Positions 10,944 through 18,957 of a stretch of DNA of 64,000 nucleotides are shown here, piece by piece. Source of the DNA: an uncultured Planctomycetia bacterium (GTDB taxonomy: Bacteria; Omnitrophota; Gorgyraeia; Tantalellales; Tantalellaceae). The notes below the pieces were generated by a model that did no database searches, was not told the origin of the DNA, and saw nothing but the letters and a program-made list of their open reading frames with translations. The position numbers were made by a program, and so were the translations under genes. The DNA lies in NCBI GenBank assembly GCA_964527555.1, contig CAZGOG010000004.1:10593-74592 (forward strand), read 5' to 3'. Position 1 is the first letter of the stretch, and each line of letters begins with the position of its first letter.

Positions 10944-11351
10944 ATGAAAACCACTATTGATAACGACAGTCATCTGCTCAAAGAAGTGAGTAAAAAACTC
11001 ATAAGCACGCTTCGGGCGCATAAAGTCAGGGAAGATATTATCTTTGATATTCATGTAGGTTTTGAGGAAGCCCTTCGCAATGCCATGATACATGGGAACA
11101 AGCAGGATCCCGGCAAAAAAGTGGTTGTTGAGACGGATATTATAGAAAACGCCGTGGTGATATCGGTAGAAGACGAGGGAGAAGGGTTCGATCCGAAAAA
11201 ACTGCCGGATCCCACGCTTGATGAGAACATTCTTAAGGAAGGCGGCCGCGGGGTCTATCTTATAAACCATCTTATGGACGAGGTCAAATATGAAAATGGC
11301 GGAAGAAGAGTTGTTATGATAAAATATTTTAATAAAAATGCCAACAAATGA
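10944..11351 (+). CDS. RsbW/SpoIIAB-like anti-sigma factor serine kinase (GHKL HATPase_c)
   Basis: N-box EALRNAMIHG, G1 DEGEGFD and G2 GGRGVYLI are all present. The start was chosen at the internal ATG at 10944, after the accA stop. Track ORF 10872 and the alternative 10920 start both overlap accA. Confidence 0.7.
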   Translation: MKTTIDNDSHLLKEVSKKLISTLRAHKVREDIIFDIHVGFEEALRNAMIHGNKQDPGKKVVVETDIIENAVVISVEDEGEGFDPKKLPDPTLDENILKEGGRGVYLINHLMDEVKYENGGRRVVMIKYFNKNANK

Positions 11352-11363
11352 CGGAGGCAGGAG

Positions 11364-11696
11364 ATGCAGATCAATCTGGAAAAGAAAGGCGAGGTATCGG
11401 TTTTTAAGGTCACCGGTGACATCGATATCGAAAGCGCACCTCAGGTAAAAAAGACCTTTGATAAAGCGATTACTTCAGCCAGTAAACAGGTCGTGATAAA
11501 CCTGCAGGAAGTCAGTTACGTGGACAGCTCCGGGCTTGCCACGCTGGTTGAGATCCTGAAAAACATGCGCAGCCACGGAGGAAAGCTGAAACTGGCCAAT
11601 CTTTCCGCCAAGGTAAAGGGGCTTTTTGAGATAACCAAACTGGATAAACTGTTTGATATCGCTCAAAGCGAAGAAGAAGCTATTAATTCTTTCTGA
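11364..11696 (+). CDS. STAS-domain anti-sigma-factor antagonist (SpoIIAA/RsbV-like, phosphorylatable Ser)
   Basis: 110 aa. It carries the ...YVDSSGLATLVEIL motif, in which the DSSG serine matches the phospho-site of SpoIIAA/RsbV. Confidence 0.75.
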   Translation: MQINLEKKGEVSVFKVTGDIDIESAPQVKKTFDKAITSASKQVVINLQEVSYVDSSGLATLVEILKNMRSHGGKLKLANLSAKVKGLFEITKLDKLFDIAQSEEEAINSF

Positions 11697-11737
11697 TTTA
11701 GGGTAAACTAATAGCAATATTATTAGAAAAGAAAACT

Positions 11738-12535
11738 ATGAAGAATCCGATAAGTGTCGTAGGAAGTATAGCGATCAGGCTCGTTAAGAGCATCACGGAC
11801 ATACTGGCGCTTTTGTGTAATACGATCATATGGATAATAATGGGGCCCCTTAAGGGCAAGGCGGCCAGCCGGCAGAGTATTTTCCAGCAGATGGTCTTTG
11901 CGGGAGTGCAGTCCGTTGTCATTGTCTTTTTCGTGTCGTTTTTTACCGGTATAGTCATAGCCATGCAGAGCGCCTATCAGCTTAAACAGCTGGGCGCGAT
12001 AATTTACGTGGCTCCCATGGTCAGCATAAGTCTGGCCAGGGAACTGGGGCCGGTCTTCACCGCACTGGTTGTAACCGGCAGAGTCGGCTCGGCGATAACG
12101 GCGGAGCTGGGGACCATGAAAGTCTCCGAGCAGATCGAGGCCCTTGAGACTTTGGCGCTCGATCCCGTAAGGTTCCTTGTGGTGCCGCGCTTTTTAGCGC
12201 TTCTGGTGATGCTTCCGTGTCTTACGATCATGAGCGATATCGTCGGCATACTGGGCGGCCTTCTTGTCGGCGTGTTCAACCTTCAGATCAACCCCTACAG
12301 GTACATAACTTTTTCTTTTGATTTCATGACATGGAAGGACGTATGGACGGGTCTGGTGAAAAGCGGAGTATTTGCGGTTATAATTTCCATGGTGGCCTGC
12401 CACGTGGGGCTTGAGACGCGCGGCGGCGCCGAGGGCGTAGGAAGATCCACGACGCTGAGCGTCGTTATCAGTTTTATAATGATCATTGTTTTTGATTGTC
12501 TCTTGACGGGACTGTTTTATTTTTCAAACGTATAA
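11738..12535 (+). CDS. mlaE: MlaE-family ABC transporter permease
   Basis: 265 aa and 5-6 TM segments, with an N-terminus typical of the MlaE/Ttg2B family. Confidence 0.8.
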   Translation: MKNPISVVGSIAIRLVKSITDILALLCNTIIWIIMGPLKGKAASRQSIFQQMVFAGVQSVVIVFFVSFFTGIVIAMQSAYQLKQLGAIIYVAPMVSISLARELGPVFTALVVTGRVGSAITAELGTMKVSEQIEALETLALDPVRFLVVPRFLALLVMLPCLTIMSDIVGILGGLLVGVFNLQINPYRYITFSFDFMTWKDVWTGLVKSGVFAVIISMVACHVGLETRGGAEGVGRSTTLSVVISFIMIIVFDCLLTGLFYFSNV

Positions 12536-12550
12536 ATATTTCAGGAAAAT

Positions 12551-13351
12551 ATGGAAGAAAGAGAAGTTGTAGTAGAAGTCAAGGATCTGGTAAAAAAGTT
12601 CGGCGAAAGGACCGTTTTAAACGGGGTCGACCTCAAAGTATACAGGGGAGAGACCTTTGTTATCATGGGCGGCTCCGGCTGCGGTAAAAGCACGCTGCTG
12701 CGTCATATGATAGGAAGCCTCAAGGCCACCAGCGGAAGGGTTATCTTGCTTGGCGAGGATATCACGGATCTATACGACTCCCAGCTCGATGATGTCCGCA
12801 AGAAAATAGGAATGTCGTTTCAGTCTTCCGCGCTTTTCGATTCGATGACGGTAGCTGAAAACGTAAGCCTGGCGCTTAGGGAACACACGAAACTGGAAAG
12901 GAGCGTCATCGATATCGTGGTAAAGATGAAGCTCGAACTCGTGGGCCTGAGGGGCTTTGAGGACCTTATGCCCAGCGAGCTTTCCGGCGGTATGAGAAAA
13001 AGAGTGGGCCTGGCCCGGGCCATAGCGATGGATCCCGAGATAATTTTTTATGACGAGCCTACCGCGGGACTCGATCCTATCGTGGCGGCTGTGATAGACA
13101 AGCTTATAATAGATCTTTCCAAGAAAATGGCCATAACAAGCGTCGTGGTCACGCATGACATGAAGAGCGTAATGGCTATAGCGGACAGGATAGCCATGCT
13201 TTATGAAGGCAAAGTCCTCGAGACGGGGACGCCTTATGAGATACAGAATTCCGCAAACGAGATGGTCCAGCAGTTCATAAACGGCAACCATGACGGGCCG
13301 ATACGGTTTTTCCAGCAGAAAGATGATTATCTGGAACACTTAACCCAGTAA
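12551..13351 (+). CDS. mlaF: MlaF-family ABC transporter ATP-binding protein
   Basis: Walker A GGSGCGKST, signature LSGGMRKRV and Walker B IIFYDEPT. Confidence 0.85.
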   Translation: MEEREVVVEVKDLVKKFGERTVLNGVDLKVYRGETFVIMGGSGCGKSTLLRHMIGSLKATSGRVILLGEDITDLYDSQLDDVRKKIGMSFQSSALFDSMTVAENVSLALREHTKLERSVIDIVVKMKLELVGLRGFEDLMPSELSGGMRKRVGLARAIAMDPEIIFYDEPTAGLDPIVAAVIDKLIIDLSKKMAITSVVVTHDMKSVMAIADRIAMLYEGKVLETGTPYEIQNSANEMVQQFINGNHDGPIRFFQQKDDYLEHLTQ

Positions 13352-13375
13352 AACGGTATAAAAAGGAGAGAAATC

Positions 13376-13972
13376 ATGAGATTGTCCAACGAAATAAAAG
13401 CAGGTTTTGTTGTTGTGGTAGCGATCGCTATCGGGGTGTTCTTTTTTGCCAAGACCGCCACTTTCATGGCCCAGACGTATGACCTGAAGACGTTTTTCGG
13501 GTATGCGGGCAATCTCAAACCCGATGCGATAGTAAAACTTGCCGGGGTCGAAGTCGGGAGGGTGAAAACCATAGACTTTGTATATGATCCCGAGACAAGG
13601 GTGGAATGCCTGCTTGAATTAGACGTGAGCGCCAGGGTCCGGAAAGACTCCCTGGCTTATGTGGCTACCTCCGGGTTTGTGGGGGATGCGTACGTCGGCC
13701 TTACGTCGGGAAGTGCCGATGAGTTTATGGTCCCCGGAAGCACCGTGGAGAGCGAAGATCCTATCGAGATGCGCCTCTTAATGAAAAAAGCCGAGGATAT
13801 TGCAAACAACCTTGACAGCATACTCGTCCAGATAAAGGGGGTTGTCACGGATAACCGGCAGAACATGGATAATATCGTGGTTAACCTCGAAAAGACTACG
13901 GAGAACTTCAAAGAGTTCAGCGAAGACGTCAAAAAGAATCCATGGAAGCTCCTTTTTAAACCCAAAGACTAG
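13376..13972 (+). CDS. mlaD: MlaD-like MCE-domain periplasmic substrate-binding protein
   Basis: An N-terminal TM anchor is followed by an MCE domain (LAGVEVGRVKTIDF). Confidence 0.75.
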   Translation: MRLSNEIKAGFVVVVAIAIGVFFFAKTATFMAQTYDLKTFFGYAGNLKPDAIVKLAGVEVGRVKTIDFVYDPETRVECLLELDVSARVRKDSLAYVATSGFVGDAYVGLTSGSADEFMVPGSTVESEDPIEMRLLMKKAEDIANNLDSILVQIKGVVTDNRQNMDNIVVNLEKTTENFKEFSEDVKKNPWKLLFKPKD

Positions 13973-13989
13973 TATACGAAAGGACTGAT

Positions 13990-14781
13990 ATGAAAAAACT
14001 TTTGCTGTTATTAGTATGCCTCGCTTTGTCTATAGGCTTGACCAGCGCTTACGCGCTGGATGAAAAAGTTGTCGTCGTATCGCATGACGGGGACGTAAAA
14101 GTCATTCCTGCCGGCCAGGCACAGGCGATTGCGTGCCAGAACGGAATGCTGCTGAAAGAGGGCAGCCGCGTGATCACCGGCAAGGCTTCCTATGTCACGA
14201 TAGCTTTTGATAAAGCCGGGCGCAATCTTGTGAAAATAAAAGAAAACACCGAAGTAGTCATAAAACTTGACGGCTCCGACAAGATAGAGCTTGTTGACGG
14301 CGTGGTCTTTGCTCTTTTGCAAAAACTTGACCGGGGCGAGACGTTCCGCGTGAGAACGCCCTGCGCGGTCTGCGGCGCAAGAGGAACGGCCTGGATGACG
14401 GAGACGAACGGCTTAGTCACATATGTAGGCGTTTTCGGAAGCAACGTCTTTGCAAGCGGTATCAATAAAGACGGCTCCGTTATGGAGAAGAAATACTGGG
14501 TGAAAAACGGATACCAGAGGATGATAGAGAAGTTCAAAGATCCGGGTGATGAAAAGAAGGTGCCTGAAGACACGCTTAAAAAATGGAAGAAAGAATTCGG
14601 CCTTGGGGAAAAAGGCAGGAAAGACAAGGAAAAAGGTTTCTGGGGCGGCACAAACTACCGCGAGAAGCAGATAAACACGCTCGAGGACCGTAAAAGCAGG
14701 GAAGAAGTAGAAGAAGAGCAAGAGGAGAAAGATAAACATAACCGTAAATACACCGGTTACGGATTTACTACGGGAACGTAA
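13990..14781 (+). CDS. secreted FecR-domain protein, paralog 1
   Basis: Signal peptide MKKLLLLLVCLALSIGLTSAYA. The FecR-like pattern is LLKEGSRVITGKASYVTIAFD...VVIKL...GETFRVRTPCAVCGARGTAWMTET, with a charged C-terminal tail. Confidence 0.5.
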   Translation: MKKLLLLLVCLALSIGLTSAYALDEKVVVVSHDGDVKVIPAGQAQAIACQNGMLLKEGSRVITGKASYVTIAFDKAGRNLVKIKENTEVVIKLDGSDKIELVDGVVFALLQKLDRGETFRVRTPCAVCGARGTAWMTETNGLVTYVGVFGSNVFASGINKDGSVMEKKYWVKNGYQRMIEKFKDPGDEKKVPEDTLKKWKKEFGLGEKGRKDKEKGFWGGTNYREKQINTLEDRKSREEVEEEQEEKDKHNRKYTGYGFTTGT

Positions 14782-14790
14782 CAGCGCGTA

Positions 14791-15825
14791 ATGAGATTTG
14801 ATATAAAGAAAATTCTGATCTTACTAGTGTATATCGCCTCGGTTATCTGGGGAGGATGCTCTTCTCATGCCGCGGAAGAGGCGGTCGTAGTTATCTCTTA
14901 CGCGGGGGATGTAAAAGTAATCCCTCCTTCCAGCACGGAAAAGGTGGCGTGTAAACCGGGTATGATCCTCAAGGAAGGCACCCGTGTTGTTACGGGAAAA
15001 GAATCATACTTAAAGATAGCTTTCGACAGGTCCGAACGAAACGTTGTAAAAATAGAAGAAAACAGCGAAGTAGTCATAAAGCTTGACGGTGACGACAAGA
15101 TAGAGCTTGTAGACGGAAAGGTTTTTGCTTCACTACAGGACATTAAAAAAGGCGAGACGTTTCGCATAAGGACTCCTTGCGCCACTTGCGGCGCAAGGGG
15201 CACAGGATGGCTTACCGAAACGGACGGATCGACAATGAATGTGTCTGTTTACGAAGGTACCGTCTTTGTGCGCGGCATGAATAAAGACGGTACTGTCATG
15301 GAGAAAGAGTATTTAGTCAAAGAAGGATTTCAGAGGAAAGTTAATATATTCAAACGCCCGGAAAAGCCGATAAAGATCCCGGAGCGGAAGTTCACGCAGA
15401 TAAAAGACGGGGCTAGAGGCATAGTGGGGGTCAGACATCCGGCAAAGGAAGGGGCGAATCCCCTCGTAGATGTCCCCAGGGAACTGATTACAGAGGTCAT
15501 CAAGGATACTGAGGGGCTTATTGGACTTCGCAGGGAGCCGGAAGAGCCGGCACTTAAAGAGATTGAGAAGCCGGAAGTTATAGAAGTCGACAGGACCGAG
15601 TTAATTGAGAGGATCGAAAGTTCAGGTGCCGTGACGGATAAACTGGAAAGAATAGAGACTTTTGAAAAACCGGAATTTTTTGAAAGGCCTGAAGTCTTCG
15701 GAAGGGACGAAAGGCCCGAAAAACCCGAAAGACCCGAAATGCCGCCGAGAGACGAAAGATTCAACAAAATAGAGAGGCCCCGGGTACTGGACTCTAATTT
15801 AAGGGATAAAATAAATACAAGGTAA
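14791..15825 (+). CDS. secreted FecR-domain protein, paralog 2 with Glu/Arg/Pro-rich repetitive C-terminal tail
   Basis: The core is about 60% identical to paralog 1 (ISYAGDVKVIPP...GETFRIRTPCATCGARGTGWLTETDG). The tail has ERPE/KPE repeats. Confidence 0.5.
   Translation: MRFDIKKILILLVYIASVIWGGCSSHAAEEAVVVISYAGDVKVIPPSSTEKVACKPGMILKEGTRVVTGKESYLKIAFDRSERNVVKIEENSEVVIKLDGDDKIELVDGKVFASLQDIKKGETFRIRTPCATCGARGTGWLTETDGSTMNVSVYEGTVFVRGMNKDGTVMEKEYLVKEGFQRKVNIFKRPEKPIKIPERKFTQIKDGARGIVGVRHPAKEGANPLVDVPRELITEVIKDTEGLIGLRREPEEPALKEIEKPEVIEVDRTELIERIESSGAVTDKLERIETFEKPEFFERPEVFGRDERPEKPERPEMPPRDERFNKIERPRVLDSNLRDKINTR
15709..15744 (+). repeat. four imperfect 9-bp tandem repeats (GAAAGGCCC/GAAAAACCC/GAAAGACCC/GAAATGCCG) inside the paralog-2 tail
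   Basis: Read directly from the sequence. They encode RPE-KPE-RPE-MPP. Confidence 0.6.
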
Positions 15826-15850
15826 CGAGATAAAAAGAAGGGGGAGACAG

Positions 15851-16912
15851 GTGACTATAAAATATAATCGCATATTGAAGCTTCCCGTTATAATAACTCT
15901 GATTCTGGCAGTTTTTGTATTTTTCCCGGTACCAGAAGCTGTAGCTATTGACGAACAGATAACCGACAGGTACCCGTCGGCTACCGCGTCTCCCAAACAG
16001 AAGATAAAAGAAGCGGGAGAGGAATATGTATACGAACCTGAAACACGCACGAGTTTCACCGGTTATGTGGATATGCAGGGCGGGTACGACAATAACGTGG
16101 ATCTTGACTCCCAGAGGAATAAGGACGGGTTTATCCAGACCACGGCTAACGTGGATATTGCGTATGAACAGACGGAAAACTTAAAACTAAGGACCGGTCT
16201 CGATCTTTTTAATTCCACCTATTTTAATTACAACAGAAACAATCTCTTAGACACTTCCCCGTACATCGGGTTTGATTACAAGTTTGCTCCGAATATAATC
16301 TCCAAGAACCGGATCATATTCGATTATTACTGGTTCCCGACGGAGGAGGAAGACACTTTTTATGGGCCCGCACTTTCGACGTCTCTGAGGCATTATTTCG
16401 CGAATAATTTTTTCCAGGAAGCCGGCTTTGAATACCTGTGGAGATGGTATACGAAGCAGAAGGTGGTCCTTTCCAACCTTTCAACGGGGTCCGATAAACG
16501 TTACGACAGCCGTTACAGGGTGCAGTATACCGTAGGATACTACTCGAACCGTTTTATCGCAAAACTCAGGAACGAGTTCAGCCAGAACAACTCCAACTAT
16601 GAATACGAAAACTATTATGATTACTGGCGCTGGAGGGTTAAGCCGTCGGTAATGTTCTTTTTTACGGATAAGTTTTATACGGACGTTAGTTTGATTTACA
16701 GGTATACCGATTACAGCGATCGCCTGGCGACGGATAATGCCAGCGAGAAAGTTCACAATAACACTTATATAATTAACGCCTCGTTCTATTACGATATTAC
16801 CAAGGATATTACCTGGGGCATTACGTATTCCTACAGCGAGAACCTTTCTAACGACCCGTATGAGAAATATTCCGGCAGCGTCGTGACCAGCGGTATTTAT
16901 TACAGCTTTTAG
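15851..16912 (+). CDS. putative outer-membrane beta-barrel protein
   Basis: Signal-anchor-like N-terminus, Tyr/Asn/Asp-rich alternating segments, and a C-terminal ...GIYYSF ending in Phe. Confidence 0.45.
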   Translation: MTIKYNRILKLPVIITLILAVFVFFPVPEAVAIDEQITDRYPSATASPKQKIKEAGEEYVYEPETRTSFTGYVDMQGGYDNNVDLDSQRNKDGFIQTTANVDIAYEQTENLKLRTGLDLFNSTYFNYNRNNLLDTSPYIGFDYKFAPNIISKNRIIFDYYWFPTEEEDTFYGPALSTSLRHYFANNFFQEAGFEYLWRWYTKQKVVLSNLSTGSDKRYDSRYRVQYTVGYYSNRFIAKLRNEFSQNNSNYEYENYYDYWRWRVKPSVMFFFTDKFYTDVSLIYRYTDYSDRLATDNASEKVHNNTYIINASFYYDITKDITWGITYSYSENLSNDPYEKYSGSVVTSGIYYSF

Positions 16913-17030
16913 CTTTATATAAACTTTGCAGTAGGATGAGCGCCTTGCCGGTATGTATGGGTTTTCAGTTATCCCTTTCACCGGGACCGACCGGCAAGCC
17001 GGCTAAATGAGAGATCCTGACTAAGAGCCG

Positions 17031-18944
17031 ATGAATAAATTCGATAAAAATAGAATAACTTATTTTGCTTTAGGGGCTTTTTTAATAGCACTCTTTCTTT
17101 TCTTTTCCTATTCCAGGGTATTCGACGAGTTCGAGTACAGTACCCTTGACCTCAGGTACAGGCTCCGGCCTCCCCAGCCCGTCAGTAAAGACATAATAAT
17201 CGTCGAGGTAGGAGACGATTCCATAGAAAAAATAGGCCAGTGGCCTTTTCCCCGTAATTACCACGCGCTTTTGACCAAAGCACTCAGTGTTTCCGGCGCG
17301 CGCACGATCGTTTTTGATATCTTTTTCAGCGAAGAAAAAGAGAAAGACGCGGATTTTGCGGAAGCCATCAAAGCATCCGGGAGGGTATACCTGCCTTATG
17401 TTTTTGAGCCGGACAGAAACCCATCCGATAGGACCTGCCTCCATGCCATTGGCTATGCCGCACCACTTATAGAAGTGCTGAAGAAGGAAGCCAAAGGCAC
17501 GGGGTTTATAAACGTTGAGCCGGACATAGACGGGAAGATACGCCGTATACCTCCTTTTATCGAATATAAGGGTGAGTTTTACCCGCATTTAACGGTACTG
17601 GCCGCACTTAACAATCTTGGGTATTCGTTCAGTGACGTGCAGATAATTCCCGGCAAGAAAATAATAGTAAGCGGAAGTATGGTGATCCCTTTAGATGAAG
17701 ACTCTTCTCTTTTAGTCGATTATCCGGCAGTCTGGGGCAAAGCTTTCCGTCATTATTCTTATGTGGATGTACTCCAGTCGTATCTTGCGGACATAACCGG
17801 GCAGGAACCGGTGTTGGACCTGAGTGTATTCAAGGACGCAGTGTGTTTTATCGGTATGACGGCGACCGCCTCTCCCGATGCGCACCCCTCGCCGCTGGAG
17901 CCGCTCTATGCGGGTATAGGGGTCCATACCAGCGTTTACAACAGTATAATCGAAAATATCTTCCTGCGCAGACTTAACAGATGGGGCAATCTCCTTATCC
18001 TTGTCTTTATGTGGTTTTTGACGGCCCACGTGACGGTGAGAAGCCGTAAGAGGTTTGCGCTCTTTTCCATCCTGCTTATTATGGCGGTATATATTATCCT
18101 GGCGGTACTTCTTTTCTGGCCGCTGGGCCTGTGGATAGACGTTTTCTATCCGCTTATCACGATGGCCGCGGTTTACGTTATTTTCACGTTTAAAAAATAT
18201 ATAGGTGAGATCCAGAAAAGGGAGATCATTGAAAAAGAGCTTGATATCGCCAAAGACATTCAGCAGAGCTTTCTGCCGTCAGAAGTGCCGACTGTCGGAG
18301 GCATGGATGTGAAAGTCGAGATGCTGACGGCGCGCCAGGTCGGCGGTGATCTTTATGACATAATCCAGCTGGATGATAAAAAACTGGGAGTCATGATAGG
18401 GGATGTTTCCGGAAAAGGCGTACCCGCGGCTCTTTATATGGCAAGGGTCGTAAGCGTCTTTAAAACTTTTGTAAGGGAAGGGGCGCCTTCTGTGGTCCTT
18501 AAAAAGGTCAATGAAAGGCTTGTAAGTGAAGCCGGCAGTAATCTTTTCGTGACTGTTACATACATGATCTTCGATTCTGAAAAGAATACCACCACCTTTT
18601 CCATCGGCGGACACCTGCCGACACTTCTTATTGAACCTGACGGGGGAGTGGAACTCTTGGACGTATCTGAAGGTATGCCGCTGGGTATGATAGAAGGCGA
18701 TTTCGGTTCCGGCGAAAGAGAGTATAGACCGGGGAGCATCTTCGTCCTTTATACCGATGGTGTCACCGAGGCGATGAATATAAAAAACGAGATGTTCGGC
18801 GAGGAACGCCTGGTCGAGCTGGCCAGGAGTTTGAAAGGTTTCTCATCTGAAGACGTAGTCAAGGTTCTGCATAAAGCGGTTTTGGACTTTGCGGGAAAAG
18901 CAAAACAGCACGATGATATAACTGTAATGGCCATAAAGATTTAG
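17031..18944 (+). CDS. CHASE2 sensor domain / TM / PP2C-type (SpoIIE/RsbU-like) serine phosphatase
   Basis: An N-terminal TM and an extracytoplasmic CHASE2-like region of about 300 aa are followed by TM helices. The C-terminal SpoIIE-like domain has MIGDVSGKGVPAALYM and ...YTDGVTEA. Confidence 0.8.
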   Translation: MNKFDKNRITYFALGAFLIALFLFFSYSRVFDEFEYSTLDLRYRLRPPQPVSKDIIIVEVGDDSIEKIGQWPFPRNYHALLTKALSVSGARTIVFDIFFSEEKEKDADFAEAIKASGRVYLPYVFEPDRNPSDRTCLHAIGYAAPLIEVLKKEAKGTGFINVEPDIDGKIRRIPPFIEYKGEFYPHLTVLAALNNLGYSFSDVQIIPGKKIIVSGSMVIPLDEDSSLLVDYPAVWGKAFRHYSYVDVLQSYLADITGQEPVLDLSVFKDAVCFIGMTATASPDAHPSPLEPLYAGIGVHTSVYNSIIENIFLRRLNRWGNLLILVFMWFLTAHVTVRSRKRFALFSILLIMAVYIILAVLLFWPLGLWIDVFYPLITMAAVYVIFTFKKYIGEIQKREIIEKELDIAKDIQQSFLPSEVPTVGGMDVKVEMLTARQVGGDLYDIIQLDDKKLGVMIGDVSGKGVPAALYMARVVSVFKTFVREGAPSVVLKKVNERLVSEAGSNLFVTVTYMIFDSEKNTTTFSIGGHLPTLLIEPDGGVELLDVSEGMPLGMIEGDFGSGEREYRPGSIFVLYTDGVTEAMNIKNEMFGEERLVELARSLKGFSSEDVVKVLHKAVLDFAGKAKQHDDITVMAIKI

Positions 18945-18957
18945 AAAGAGGGAGGAG

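Noticed and set aside
11364-11696. Calling the STAS protein simply MlaB
   Set aside because: It has the SpoIIAA-type phosphorylatable DSSG serine and sits directly after an RsbW-like kinase. It is therefore annotated as a partner-switching antagonist. A possible MlaB-like role is raised only as a hypothesis.
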